Shown: positions 12,901 through 25,129 of the stretch, in pieces
Position numbering within the stretch: the first letter of the stretch is position 1
Layout of the letters: every line of letters starts with the position of its first letter
DNA from: Phyllobates terribilis
Lineage: Eukaryota
DNA: 64,000 nt
Reading direction: 5' to 3'
Assembly: GCF_046119375.1 (NCBI RefSeq)
Contig: NW_027362767.1
Span: 422,902,001 to 422,966,000, forward strand
Position numbers and translations under genes: made by a program
Notes under the pieces: generated by a model
Seen by the model: only the letters and a program-made list of their open reading frames with translations
What the model was told of the DNA's origin: nothing
Database searches by the model: none

Positions 12901-15276
12901 CCCTGTGTCGCTCCCCCCCCTCCCCTGTGTCGCTCCCCCCCCTCCCCTGTGTCGCTCCCCCCCCTCCCCTGTGTCGCTCCCCCCCCTCCCCTGTGTCGCT
13001 CCCCCCCCTCCCCTGTGTCGCTCCCCCCCCTCCCCTGTGTCGCTCCCCCCCCCTCCCCTGTGTCGCTCCCCCCCCTCCCCTGTGTCGCTCCCCCCCCTCC
13101 CCTGTGTCGCTCCCCCCCTCCCCTGTGTCGCTCCCCCCCCTCCCCTGTGTCGCTCCCCCCCTCCCCTGTGTCGCTCCCCCCCCTCCCCTGTGTCGCCCCC
13201 CCTCCCCTGTGTCGCTCCCCCCCCCTCCCCTGTGTCGCTCCCCCCCCCTCCCCTGTGTCGCTCCCCCCCCTCCCCTGTGTCGCTCCCCCCCTCCCCTGTG
13301 TCGCTCCCCCCCTCCCCTGTGTCGCTCCCCCCCCTCCCCTGTGTCGCTCCCCCCCCTCCCCTGTGTCGCTCCCCCCCTCCCCTGTGTCGCTCCCCCCCTC
13401 CCCTGTGTCGCTCCCCCCCCTCCCCTGTGTCGCTCCCCCCCCTCCCCTGTGTCGCTCCCCCCCCCTCCCCTGTGTCGCTCCCCCCCCTCCCCTGTGTCGC
13501 TCCCCCCCCTCCCCTGTGTCGCTCCCCCCCCTGTGTCGCTCCCCCCCCTCCCCTGTGTCGCTCCCCCCCCCTCCCCTGTGTCGCTCCCCCCCCCTCCCCT
13601 GTGTCGCTCCCCCCCCCTCCCCTGTGTCGCTCCCCCCCCCCCCTGTGTCGCTCCCCCCCCTCCCCTGTGTCGCTCCCCCCCCCTCCCCTGTGTCGCTCCC
13701 CCCCCCTCCCCTGTGTCGCTCCCCCCCCTCCCCTGTGTCGCTCCCCCCCCTCCCCTGTGTCGCTCCCCCCCCTCCCCTGTGTCGCTCCCCCCCCTCCCCT
13801 GTGTCGCTCCCCCCCCTCCCCTGTGTCGCTCCCCCCCTCCCCTGTGTCGCTCCCCCCCTCCCCTGTGTCGCTCCCCCCCCTCCCCTGTGTCGCTCCCCCC
13901 CCTCCCCTGTGTCGCTCCCCCCCCTCCCCTGTGTCGCTCCCCCCCCTCCCCTGTGTCGCTCCCCCTCCCCTCCCCTGTGTCGCTCCCCCTCCCCTCCCCT
14001 GTGTCGCTCCCCTCCCCTCCCCTGTGTCGCTCCCCCTCCCCTCCCCTGTGTCGCTCCCCCTCCCCTCCCCTGTGTCGCTCCCCCTCCCCTCCCCTGTGTC
14101 GCTCCCCCTCCCCTCCCCTGTGTCGCTCCCCCTCCCCTCCCCTGTGTCGCTCCCCCTCCCCTCCCCTGTGTCGCTCCCCCTCCCCTCCCCTGTGTCGCTC
14201 CCCCTCCCCTCCCCTGTGTCGCTCCCCCCCTCCCCTGTGTCGCTCCCCCCCTCCCCTGTGTCGCTCCCCCCCTCCCCTGTGTCGCTCCCCCCCTCCCCTG
14301 TGTCGCTCCCCCCCCTCCCCTGTGTCGCTCCCCCCCCTCCCCTGTGTCGCTCCCCCCCCTCCCCTGTGTCGCTCCCCCCCCTCCCCTGTGTCGCTCCCCC
14401 CCTCCCCTGTGTCGCTCCCCCCCCTCCCCTGTGTCGCTCCCCCCCCCTCCCCTGTGTCGCTCCCCCCCTCCCCTGTGTCGCTCCCCCCCCCCCTCCCCTG
14501 TGTCGCTCCCCCCCCCCTCCCCTGTGTCGCTCCCCCCCTCCCCTGTGTCGCTCCCCCCCTCCCCTGTCGTCCGCAGTCTCTTCCCCCGTGTCGTCCCCCC
14601 TCCCCTGTCGTCCGCAGTCTCTTCCCCCGTGTCGTCCGCAGTCTCTTCCCCCGTGTCGTCCGCAGTCTCTTCCCCCGTGTCGTCCGCAGTCTCTTCCCCC
14701 GTGTCGTCCGCAGTCTCTTCCCCCGTGTCGTCCGCAGTCTCTTCCCCCGTGTCGTCCGCAGTCTCTTCCCCCGTGTCGTCCGCAGTCTCTTCCCCCGTGT
14801 CGTCCGCAGTCTCTTCCCCCGTGTCGTCCGCAGTCTCTTCCCCCGTGTCGTCCGCAGTCGCCCCCCTCCCCCGTGTCGTCCGCAGTCGCCCCCCTCCCCC
14901 GTGTCGTCCGCAGTCGCCCCCCTCCCCCGTGTCGTCCGCAGTCGCCCCCCTCCCCCGTGTCGTCCGCAGTCGCCCCCCTCCCCCGTGTCGTCCGCAGTCG
15001 CCCCCCTCCCCCGTGTCGTCCGCAGTCGCCCCCCTCCCCCGTGTCGTCCGCAGTCGCCCCCCTCCCCCGTGTCGTCCGCAGTCGCCCCCCTCCCCCGTGT
15101 CGTCCGCAGTCGCCCCCCCTCCCCCGTGTCGTCCGCAGTCGCCCCCCCTCCCCCGTGTCGTCCGCAGTCGCCCCCCTCCCCCGTGTCGTCCGCAGTCGCC
15201 CCCCTCCCCCGTGTCGTCCGCAGTCGCCCCCCTCCCCCGTGTCGTCCGCAGTCGCCCCCCTCCCCGTGTCGTCCGC
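9915..15276. repeat. 5.4-kb C-rich (plus) / G-rich (minus) satellite with three unit classes
   Basis: Units are cccctgtgtcgc(t)ccccccct (19-24 bp) to about 14560, 24-bp gtctcttcccccgtgtcgtccgca (about 14566-14855) and 28-bp cgcagtcgcccccctcccccgtgtcgtc (to about 15276). No stop codons, hence the 800-1800-aa ORFs. Confidence 0.97.
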
Positions 15277-15668
15277 TGGCGCCCTCTATGTCTTGCCTTG
15301 GTGTAGGGTGATGATCACACACACACACGACCGTACACCAGGCACAGATCCCCCTATGACCGTGTCACTGAGGCCTCAGCCGTCCTCCACCTCTCTATAA
15401 TCCGCCTCATGTGTGACTTTGTCTCCAGACCTGTATTATAGAGGGTGGAGGCGCCGGGGCGTGTGAGCGCGCTCTTTCTGTGCCTGTCAAACCTCGCTTA
15501 TGTTTCCTGCTTGTTCTGCCACCACCAGCACTTTCTGCAGTGAAGACGATGGCGGCCGTGCAGCAGATACAACTGTGACACCGATCCCTGATATAATCGT
15601 CCTCTCCAGACTTTATCTTTATCTGTACAGGAGGCCGGACGTCTCCCACCCCAGCCCCGTTCCCCTTC

Positions 15669-18600
15669 ATGGACCGCAAACGCAAGCTGATCTGTGACCC
15701 CTTTAGAGTGAAGAAACCGCGGGAGGAAAATCTGAAATCTGATGTGAATGTGTATCCGTCACCATATCCAGGTAATGCCACCATCAGGAGACCGTAACCA
15801 CGCCGCGGCCACGGCAGGCGACATAAAGGAGTATGCCTATCATGTACGTATGTGACATCCATGGGGGGGGGGGGGTTGTGCCTGTACACCCACCTCTCAC
15901 AGCAGTGACCCTGTTCTCAACAGATGCGACCTCAGTGGTAGGAACCCCAGGTTGTCATATGTCTACGCCCAGAATGTAGACGATAGGAATAGCTCTTTAA
16001 ATTGAATCTGTCACCAGGTTTTTTCCACCTAACCTGAGAGCAGCCTGATGTAGGGACAGAGATCCTGATTCCAGTGCTGTGTCACTTACTGCTTGCTATA
16101 ATTTTGATAATCTCCTGCTGATAAAATATATATTCTATCAGTAGAGAACTAACCAGGGTAGTCCCCATTATTCTGTATAACCTTGCTTCCTCCGCTTATT
16201 GGCCTCTTTCTGCCTATGCACAGTGTACAGAGAAAGAGGCCAATCAGTGGTGTGGGTGGGGGTTATACAGAGCTCAGCATTCAGAGGACTGCTGGATCTG
16301 CAGCAGAGAACGCAGAGCTTTATCTGGATAGTTTCCAGACTTCCCGTTCCAGCAGAAAGCAGCGTACGTGGTACAGACCTCTGCTGGGACAGATACAGGT
16401 GGAAACTGTCAGCATGGTCTATAAGAATAATAATATGTTACTAGCAGGAGAGGAGTAATGTCCTCATGGACCTCCAGAGCCACATACAGATATGTGACGG
16501 CTGCACAGAATGTCAATGGAATCATTGTCAGACCCTTATACACGGCCCCCAAAATGCTAAGAGGTGCCCCCTACCGGCTTGCTTTGGAGGTGAGTGTCAG
16601 GAGTGATTCGTTGTCGCCTCCTAATACATATAAAGGATCATCAAATCTATTCTATATAAATCAAATTAGCGTAGAATTTACCAAAATTTGCGGATTTTTT
16701 GGCTGCTATTTTTCTGGGTTCCAATGGGCCAGAAAAGGGTAAAAGTACTTTGCTCGCCCTTCACCTCTCCCTTCACCTCTCCCTAAAGCACCAGTTCCTG
16801 CCCTGATGCACAGATCACCCCAACGTCTCACTCATTGAGAGGCTCATCAGGGAGGATTCTGGGTTGCTACATGTAACAATATCATTACTAGATGAGGCCC
16901 AGTGTTTATTTGGAACCTTCCACTATCTGTTTTTTTCCCATTTGTATATATGTATCCTGTGCAGTATTTCACTTTCTTATGTTCTCTCAGATTTCACAGA
17001 GAAACCTCAGGAAGCCGCATCCTATCTGTGGGAACTATTCCCACGCAAACTATTCAATGACAGTCTCTCCCCCATGTTCTTAAGACATCAACTGTACAAC
17101 CTCATCCGAGATCGCACCACCGTAGATAGATTACTGGTGAGTCCTAATAGTTATGTGTCTGCACATAGGAGCAGTATTATAGTAGTTATATTCTTGTACA
17201 TAGGGGCAGTATTATAGTAGTTATATTCTTGTACATAGGGGCAGTATTATAGTAGTCATATTCTTGTACATAGGGGGCAGTATTATAGTAGTTATATTCT
17301 TGTACATAGGAGGCAGTATTATAGTAGTTATATTCTTGTACATAGGAGGCAGTATTATAGTAGTTATATTCTTGTACATAGGAGGCAGTATTATAGTAGT
17401 TATATTCTTGTACATAGGAGCAGTATTATAGTAGTTATATTCTTGTACATAGGGAGCAGTATTATAGTAGTTATATTCTTGTACATAGGAGGCAGTATTA
17501 TAGTAGTTATATTCTTGTACATAGGAGGCAGTATTATAGTAGTTATATTCTTGTACATAGGAGCAGTATTATAGTAGTTATATTCTTGTACATAGGGAGC
17601 AGTATTATAGTAGTTATATTCTTGTACATAGGAGGCAGTATTATAGTAGTTATATTCTTGTACATAGGAGCAGTATTATAGTAGTTATATTCTTGTACAT
17701 AGGGGCAATATTATAGTAGTTATTAACTTGTACATAGGGGGCAGTATTATAGTAGTTATATTCTTGTACATAGGGGGCAGTATTATAGTAGTTATTAACT
17801 TGTACATAGGGGGCAGTATTATAGTAGTTATATTCTTGTACATAGGGGGCAGTATTATAGTAGTTATATTCTTGTACATAGGAGCAGTATTATAGTAGTT
17901 ATATTCTTGTACATAGGGGCAGTATTATAGTAGTTATATTCTTGTACATAGGGGGCAGTATTATAGTAGTTATATTCTTGTACATAGGGGCAGTATTATA
18001 GTAGTTATATTCTTGTACATAGGGGGCAGTATTATAGGAGTTATATTCTTGTACATAGGGAGCAGTATTATAGGAGTTATATTCTTGCACATAGGGGCAG
18101 TATTATAGTAGTTATATTCCTGTACATAGGAGCAGTATTATAGTAGTTATATTCTTGTACATAGGGGCAGTATTATAGTAGTTATATTCTTGTACATAGG
18201 GAGCAGTATTATAGGAGTTATATTCTTGTACATAGGGAGCAGTATTATAGTAGTTATATTCTTGTACATAGGGGGCAGTATTATAGTAGTTATATTCTTG
18301 TACATAGGGGGCAGTATTATAGGAGTTATATTCTTGTACATAGGAGCAGTATTATAGTAGTTATATTCTTGTACATAGGGGCAGTATTATAGTAGTTATA
18401 TTCCTGTACATAGGAGCAGTATTATAGTAGTTATATTCTTGTACATAGGGGCAGTATTATAGTAGTTATATTCTTGTACATAGGGAGCAGTATTATAGGA
18501 GTTATATTCTTGTACATAGGGAGCAGTATTATAGTAGTTATATTCTTGTACATAGGGGGCAGTATTATAGTAGTTATATTCTTGTACATAGGGGGCAGTA

Positions 18601-20380
18601 TTATAGTAGTTATATTCTTGTACATAGGGAGCAGTATTATAGTAGTTATATTCTTGTACATAGGGGGCAGTATTATAGTAGTTATATTCTTGTACATAGG
18701 GAGCAGTATTATAGTAGTTATATTCTTGTACATAGGGGGCAGTATTATAGTAGTTATATTCCAGTACATAGGGGGCAGTATTATAGTAGTTATATTCCTG
18801 TACATAGGGGGCAGTATTATAGTAGTTATATTCTTGTACATAGGGAGTAGTATTATAGTAGTTATATTCTTGTACATAGGGAGCAGTATTATAGTAGTTA
18901 TATTCTTGTACATAGGGAGCAGTATTATACTAGTTATATTCCAGTACATAGGGAGCAGTATTATAGTAGTTATATTCTTGTACATAGGGGGCAGTATTAT
19001 AGTAGTTATATTCTTGCACATAGGGGGCAGTATTGTAGTCGCTATGTTCTTGCACATAGGGGGCGCAGTAACAATTAAATAAGTACAACTCCTAAAATGC
19101 AGAAATTCTTTCTTGTAGAGCTCTTTACAGCAGAAGGGGGAGGTGTGCCTTATCCAGCCTGGTTTTGACCCTGACACTTTCCTTGTGGTCAGGAAGGAAG
19201 ATTTTCTAGGAGCTGTCATTAGAAGCATAGATGGAAGTTCTGGAGCCCCCGTCGTCCGCCGCTTCCTGGACTCCAGCCTTTTCTCTCCCTCTAAAATGAG
19301 TTACAACCGGGAAGAGATGATGGAGAGACACCGGTTCAGCGATGCAGAGATCACGTAAGGATAGGACATTGTGTTATAGGGATGACAGAAGGGTGAAATG
19401 TAAGAAGCAAATGTTCCCCTCCCTTACAATGTATTCTAAAAGAGGATCCTGTTTTGCTGAGTTTCATCTCATTATATGTTTTTCTCTCAGGCAGCTGGTT
19501 CGTGCCGGGCTTCTCACCGTGAGGGATGCCGGGAGCTGGTGGCTATCCATCCCCGGAGCCGGCAAGTTTAGCAAACATTTTATAAAAGGTAACTAATAAT
19601 CAGGCCGAAACTCAGTCGCCATAGTGTAAGGCCATCCTCTTACAAGATCCTGTAGTCTCATGTTCATGGTAATTCCAGTCTTGTGTTTGTCCTGACAATG
19701 CTAGTCACATAGTAGCCCTCATCATCTTATACTCATTGTTAGGCTCATAGTGCCAGTTTCGTGGTAAAGTACTTGTTCCTGCGTCTGTGTAAGTACTGAT
19801 AGTGTACCTGCCATGATACAGTTCTAATGCATTCAGGGTCCGTTGCTGTAGGGGAGGCTTAGTGGATGAATTTGCCGCCGGTTGCCCAGCTCTGGTCTAT
19901 ATATTATGTATTCCCATCTCTCTAATGATTTGTCCTTACACCTTTTGTGTATTCTGCAGGACGGAAAGCTCTTATTTCACAGATCAGCCGCTCCCGATAT
20001 AAAGAAGTCCTTCTCACCGATCTGTCCAGTAGAAAACCTCCCCCTGCCCTGAAACTAGGAATGGAGTATCACATTCACGACATCATTGGGGCCGGGCTAG
20101 TGGACTGGTGAGTGGCGAGACGTCCAGTAATGATGTGTGGCATTACCTGGAGCAACAAGTTAGATTTTATCCATTATTTTATATGAGGCTGAAGTATAAT
20201 AACTGCACAGATTCCATTCACTGACAGCAAACCTAAATCTGTAAAATGGTTAATGATTATTGTTTGCCATACCTAGTAATAATGGTAATTGCTTGTGTAA
20301 TGTCACTAGATCCTCGCCCTTTTCTCTTTTTCAGTGTTCCCACGCCCTCCGGGACCCTCCTGCGTCTATCAAACTTGTAG
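15669..20380 (+). CDS. STK19: STK19 (WHR1), tandem winged-helix transcription-coupled repair factor, 258 aa, 6 coding exons
   Basis: Exons 15669-15771, 16991-17136, 19119-19354, 19491-19588, 19960-20107, 20335-20380. GT-AG with consistent phases; total 777 nt. Motifs LFPRKLF, DRTTVDR, LTVRDAGSWWLSIPGAG, YHIHDIIGAGLVDC and SGTLLRL. Confidence 0.95.
17161..19062. repeat. 30-33-bp AT-rich minisatellite (about 60 units) filling STK19 intron 2
   Basis: Unit gcagtattatagtagttatattcttgtacatagg(g/a). It generates the spurious MYKNITTIILPP and YIGSSIIVVIFL ORFs. Confidence 0.96.
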
Positions 20381-20498
20381 CTCTTCCCTTCTCTCACCGT
20401 GCCTTGTCATTCACATTCCTGGTGTCTGCAGAGATTCACAATAAGCCTCATCATCCACCTGATGTGACCACGTTCTACAATGTATATGTGGGAAATAT

Positions 20499-20504
20499 AA
20501 TAAA
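20499..20504 (+). terminator. Probable STK19 polyadenylation signal AATAAA
   Basis: 118 nt after the stop codon, with T-rich sequence downstream. Confidence 0.55.
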
Positions 20505-22145
20505 GTCGTCATTTATTTATTCATCACTTTTGTCTTCTGTCCCAACTTATTTTCGATCAGTTATGTTTGTGATATGAGGGTGGACCGTCTACTATGGTGT
20601 CCATGTGTTTCTGGGGGTCAACATTGCATCACTCCAGAGCCCATCAGGCTGCCTATGTGACCCTAAGAGCAAATATTTGCAAATCAGATGTTGGCTGGAA
20701 CACATAATGCAACTTGTAAAGAGACAAACCAATCAAGAGAAAAGAAAACGTAACACTTAGGCAACAAATACCTAGGTAATCTGTGACGTTTGATTATAGA
20801 TATTGTGGTTGATTCCATCTCTTTACTAGTCTTTAGGTGCACAAAGGCACAAAGTTTCATGGTGCAAACAGGTAGATTTCTTAAAGTTCATAAATCTCTG
20901 GGATAAAGGTAAGGAAAAATAAACAGTCCATAGGGGATCACAGAGTGGACTCACCTGTTCAAAATTAAGTCCATTCTTAGTCAGACCCTGGCAGAGACTG
21001 ACCACCATACAATAGGTCTTTCCACCTCCACACACAGGCAGCACAGCTGCCTTAAATAGGCCCACCAAATCCTGGAGTGGAGTTATGGAGGCAACCAGTC
21101 CCACCCAGCTCTTCTGACCGCTCCTAAAACCCAGACCCAAAAATCTGGGCCCATTAAAAAAAAAAAAACCCTCTCAGCAACTTATCGTTGCTGGAGCCTT
21201 CTTTTCCAGGACTCCCATCACTGAGGCTAGCCACCTTGGTGGCATATACCTTTCATCTAAGACCTTGCCAGCTGCTTTCCTACAATATATATTGCATATA
21301 TTTCTAACATTCAAAGTCAAGAGAGTGATCCAGAATGTTTGAAAGGGTTGTCTGATCTTTAAAAACAAGCAACTTTGTAATATACCCCTCTTAAAATCTT
21401 CTCCATTCTCAAGAATGGGATTCTTAAGTCTACAGTTTACAGCTTGTTGCCAAAGTTCCCGGCCAACCTCAAAGGTAGCCGATTTCCTAGGTAAGGGGAA
21501 CGCGGGTGCAAGATCACTGGATCTGGCCAGCTGCAGTGCTCCTCTGATGCTGCAGAGGCAAAGCTGTCTCTGCGAGCAGCATCTGATCGAATCATCGACT
21601 CAGCCGTGTCACCTGCCCAAACTGTCAGTCATCGGGGGCGCACCGTCCACCGACAAGCGTGAAGCCAGGAGGCAGAGGAGCAGTGCGCTTCTCATGGAAA
21701 GTGAAACAACCCCTGTAAGAGAAGAGATCAATGTCTTTCACATACAAAGGCAATGAATTTTCTTGGATGGAAGCAGCGTTCACAAGTTCAAAGTTATAGA
21801 AACACCGGCTACACAACCTGTACGTGGTAGAAAGAAGAAGTCACCGGCTCCCGCCAGATTCCTGCTCAAAAACTCTCAAATGTCTGCTGAAGACCTGCAG
21901 AAAGACTTGTGTCAGCAGGACATGTTTTTTTTAGGCTCAAGATTTAATCCTCCTTTGATTTGTTCATAATTTTTCTTCTCCTTTTTCTTCTTCCAATGAA
22001 TAAACGTCCTATGGCAAGGTTTACACGTATATGGAATTCTGTATGATTTTAGTATTAAATAAAAAAATTTTTTTGATGTGTTGTTTTTAAAATATGTAAT
22101 GAAAGAGGCGGCTCTTTAAATTAGTGATAAAAACACGCCTTCATG

Positions 22146-22181
22146 TCCCTGATGAAGCCTGTTTTTGGTGAAACCTTGGGA
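22146..22181 (+). ncRNA. Degenerate minimal type I hammerhead remnant (Penelope pLTR-like)
   Basis: tccc-CTGATGA-a-gcc-tgttttt-ggt-GAAAC-ctt-ggga: core and stems I and II are present; stem III and the cleavage triplet are decayed. Confidence 0.45.
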
Positions 22182-23125
22182 GTGTAGTTTTTACATTTTC
22201 TTTTTTTGCCGAATTTGGATTGTAATATTGTGGGTATATTGAATAAACCGTCCTAGAATCCAGATCTTGTAAAAAAAATTATTTTGTGATATGTTCAGCT
22301 TCATATTTTAGAATAAAAAAAAACTCTGAAAGAAAGCGAAGTGGTGGAAAAGCTGATTCCATCAAACAAGTACGTATCACCAGAGGAAGGCAACGGGAAA
22401 ACTCTACGATCTGTTTTACAGCATAGTCATCGGGTGAAGAAATTAAAAATCCTGATTCGCTTCAAGGGAGTTTCATGTAGAGTGGTCTTATGTTTTCATG
22501 ATTAAAGGGGTTCTCCGCTACTTTTATATTGATTGCCTATCTGGCACCTCCACCAGTCAGCTGTTCTGGCCAGATGATCAGTTGCAGCTCCATCAACCGA
22601 TATTCTACAGAACATCAATATAAAAATAGTGGACAATTCCTCTAATAGATGAGTGGTTTCCGGGTGATGATTTTATGGATGTTTCATTGTCTCTGGACAC
22701 CTACTTTGCATCATGGATGTGACAACAATAGTTGTATATGCGGCATAAATGATCTGTGGCATTCAACATCTACACAAACCGAACTACAGGGACCAAAGTC
22801 AAGTGATGTCCTTATTGACCATCACCTGTGACTTGGAGATTGCTGCAGAACAACATCTTTGGTGCCAAAAGTTTCTTCTGGACTAGCAGTTCACCCTTAC
22901 ACATGGCACCAGAAATGCTAACGGGGTCATCCCTAATTCTTGGCCTACGATCACTTGATGTTTGGAGTGAGACTAATTTTTTTTTTTTCCATCGTCTCCC
23001 TTTGATCTTATTATCTCTTGGTACATTATCAGAAATAGATTAAATGCGTAGTAAGAAAATACTTTTGTGACTTCTTCATGAACAACATGAGCTAAAGAGG
23101 AGCAAAGCTGAAGGGTGATAATGGA

Positions 23126-24423
23126 TAGGGATGAGCGGACCTGTGGCAGTTCAGGTTCTGGTACCTGACGGAACTTTAGTACAACGTTTGGTTTGGGTAT
23201 CAGAACCGTACACAAACTTGAACCCAAACCCCATTGAAATCAATAGTGACCCGAACTTTGGAAGTGGAAAAAAATCTCTTTCTTTCTTTCTCTCTCTCTG
23301 TTTTTCTCTGTCTCTTTCTTTCTCTCTTAATCCCTTTTTTCTCTTTCTCTCTTAATCTTTTTTTCCCTTTCTTTTTCTTTCTTCTTTTTCTCCCCTTTTC
23401 TCTCTATTTCTTTCTTAATCTTTTTCTCATTTTTTTCTTTTTTTTCTCTTTCTCTTAATCTCTTTTTTCCCATTTTCTCTCTCACTCTTAATCTTTTTTT
23501 CTTTCTTTTTCTATTTTTCTTTCTCTTAAGGCCCCGTCACACTAAGCGATGCAGCAGCGATCCCGACAACGATACGACCTGTCAGGGATCGTTGCTGCAT
23601 CGCTAATACATCGCTGGGGAGCTGTCAAACAGGCAGGCTCACCAGCGATCAGGGGAGCAGCGATATCGTGGAAAGAATCGTTCCACGATGTCCTGCTCCC
23701 GTTACCAGCCTGCTGCAAGCAGGAGCAGGCTGGTAACTATGGTAAATATCGGGTTACTAAGTGCGCGTGTGCCCCTAGTAACCCGCTGTTTACCATGGAT
23801 ACCACTCTGCTACGGTGCGCTGGAGCCTCCGCTCACCGTAGCAGAGTGGTATCTATGGTAAACAGCGGGTTACTAAGTGCGCGTGTGCCCCTAGTAACCC
23901 GCTGTTTACCATGGTTACCAGCCAGATCGTTGGTCCCGCTGGTCACACACAGTGATGTGTGCTGGCCAGCGGGAGGCCGACGACCAAAAAATGGTCCAGG
24001 ACACTTTGCAACGATCAGCGACCTCACAGCTAGCGATATCGCTTAGTGTGACGGGGCCTTTAATCCTTTTTTCCTCTCTCTTTCTATCTCTTAATCTTTT
24101 TCTCTTTCTTTCTCTTAATCCTTTGTTTCTCTATCTCTTAATCTCTTTTTTCCCCTTTTCTCTCTTTTTCTTTCTCACTCTTAATCTTTTTTTTCTTTCT
24201 TTTTCTTTCTCTTTATTTCTATCTTTCTTTCTCTTTAATCCTTTTTTCTCCCTCTTAATCTCTTTTCTTATCTTTTTCTTTCTTACTCTTAATCTTTTTC
24301 CTCTTTCTTTTTCCTCTTTCTTTTTCTCTCTCTTCACCCGGAAGTCCAAACACTAATACAAACTTCCGGGACAAGTCTGTGTTTGGAGTTTGGCACTTTA
24401 AAGTTCGGGTTCTCTCATCTCTA
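23126..24423. mobile_element. Non-autonomous hAT element with CT-rich interior
   Basis: Perfect 8-bp TSD ATAATGGA (23118-23125 and 24424-24431); imperfect TIRs TAGGGATGAGCG / CTCTCATCTCTA. Confidence 0.85.
23529..24059. mobile_element. PIF/Harbinger-type MITE nested in the hAT element
   Basis: TTA TSD on both sides; TIR AGGCCCCGTCACACTAAGCGAT; internal palindromes. Confidence 0.85.
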
Positions 24424-25129
24424 ATAATGGACTTTATTGGATTTTTTTTGCGAAAATGTGGCAACTGATTAACGACAATCATGGCGTTTTGTTTCCTGTT
24501 TCCTTTTGGTGTTCAACATACTCTTTAAAATACTTTTTTCTTTTGTCATTTCTTTATTTTTGATTTGGGCAAAGGACCGGTGAAGAGGTGATTATAATTT
24601 TTTTTAATTTTTTTAATAAAATTTACTAATCTCTCAGAAGGATCAAGATGGCGGCAAAAGGAGCCCCGGCAGGCACCTGGATGGCATGGTGACGTATCAG
24701 CTCTTAGCTGTATAACCCCAATTATAAATTCATCAAGTCACAAGGTCTTGTGCTCATCCCCTCCCTAAATGCTGTGTATACTAAAGCGCCTGTCATGGAG
24801 AATAATATGTCTGTGGTAAACATGGCTGGTGGGGACACATAAGAAGTAAAGTGGCCATTGTGGAAAATGGTTTATGTGGTAAATGTCACTGGGTGGGACA
24901 ATCTTGGCGAATAATATTTCTGTGGTAAACACTAAAGTGTCCATTTTGGCAAATACTCCGGTTTCTGTGGTAAATGTCACTGTAGAGACTTATATATTGA
25001 GAAATAAAGCGCCATTAATGACAGTAATGTGTGTATGATTTCACAGCAGGGTCCCCATTGATTTGAAGGGGGTCACTGACTGAATTTTTGGCGCGCAATG
25101 CTTCATTACGTCATAAGGTCCACTAGGTC

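Noticed and set aside
9733-15400. Five ORFs of 800-1840 aa (Pro-rich, or [13 protein letters not shown] repeats) resembling extensin, formin or collagen
   Set aside because: They are the reading frames of a stop-free satellite, open in several frames on both strands, with variable homopolymer lengths. Not a gene.
17161-19062. Regular 32-bp repeats, CRISPR-like in size, and a hydrophobic repeat ORF (18474-19082)
   Set aside because: There are no unique spacers and no cas genes, and the context is a eukaryotic intron. It is a minisatellite.
20826-21368. Minus-strand ORFs that might be LINE/Tx1 ORF1 remnants
   Set aside because: No motif that I could recognise with confidence; a profile search is needed.
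25030-25085. atgatttcacag resembling the start of SNORD52 (SNORD48/52 neighbour NEU1 in human)
   Set aside because: No complete C box, and the expected 28S-complementary guide is absent. I found no convincing snoRNA near NEU1 by eye.
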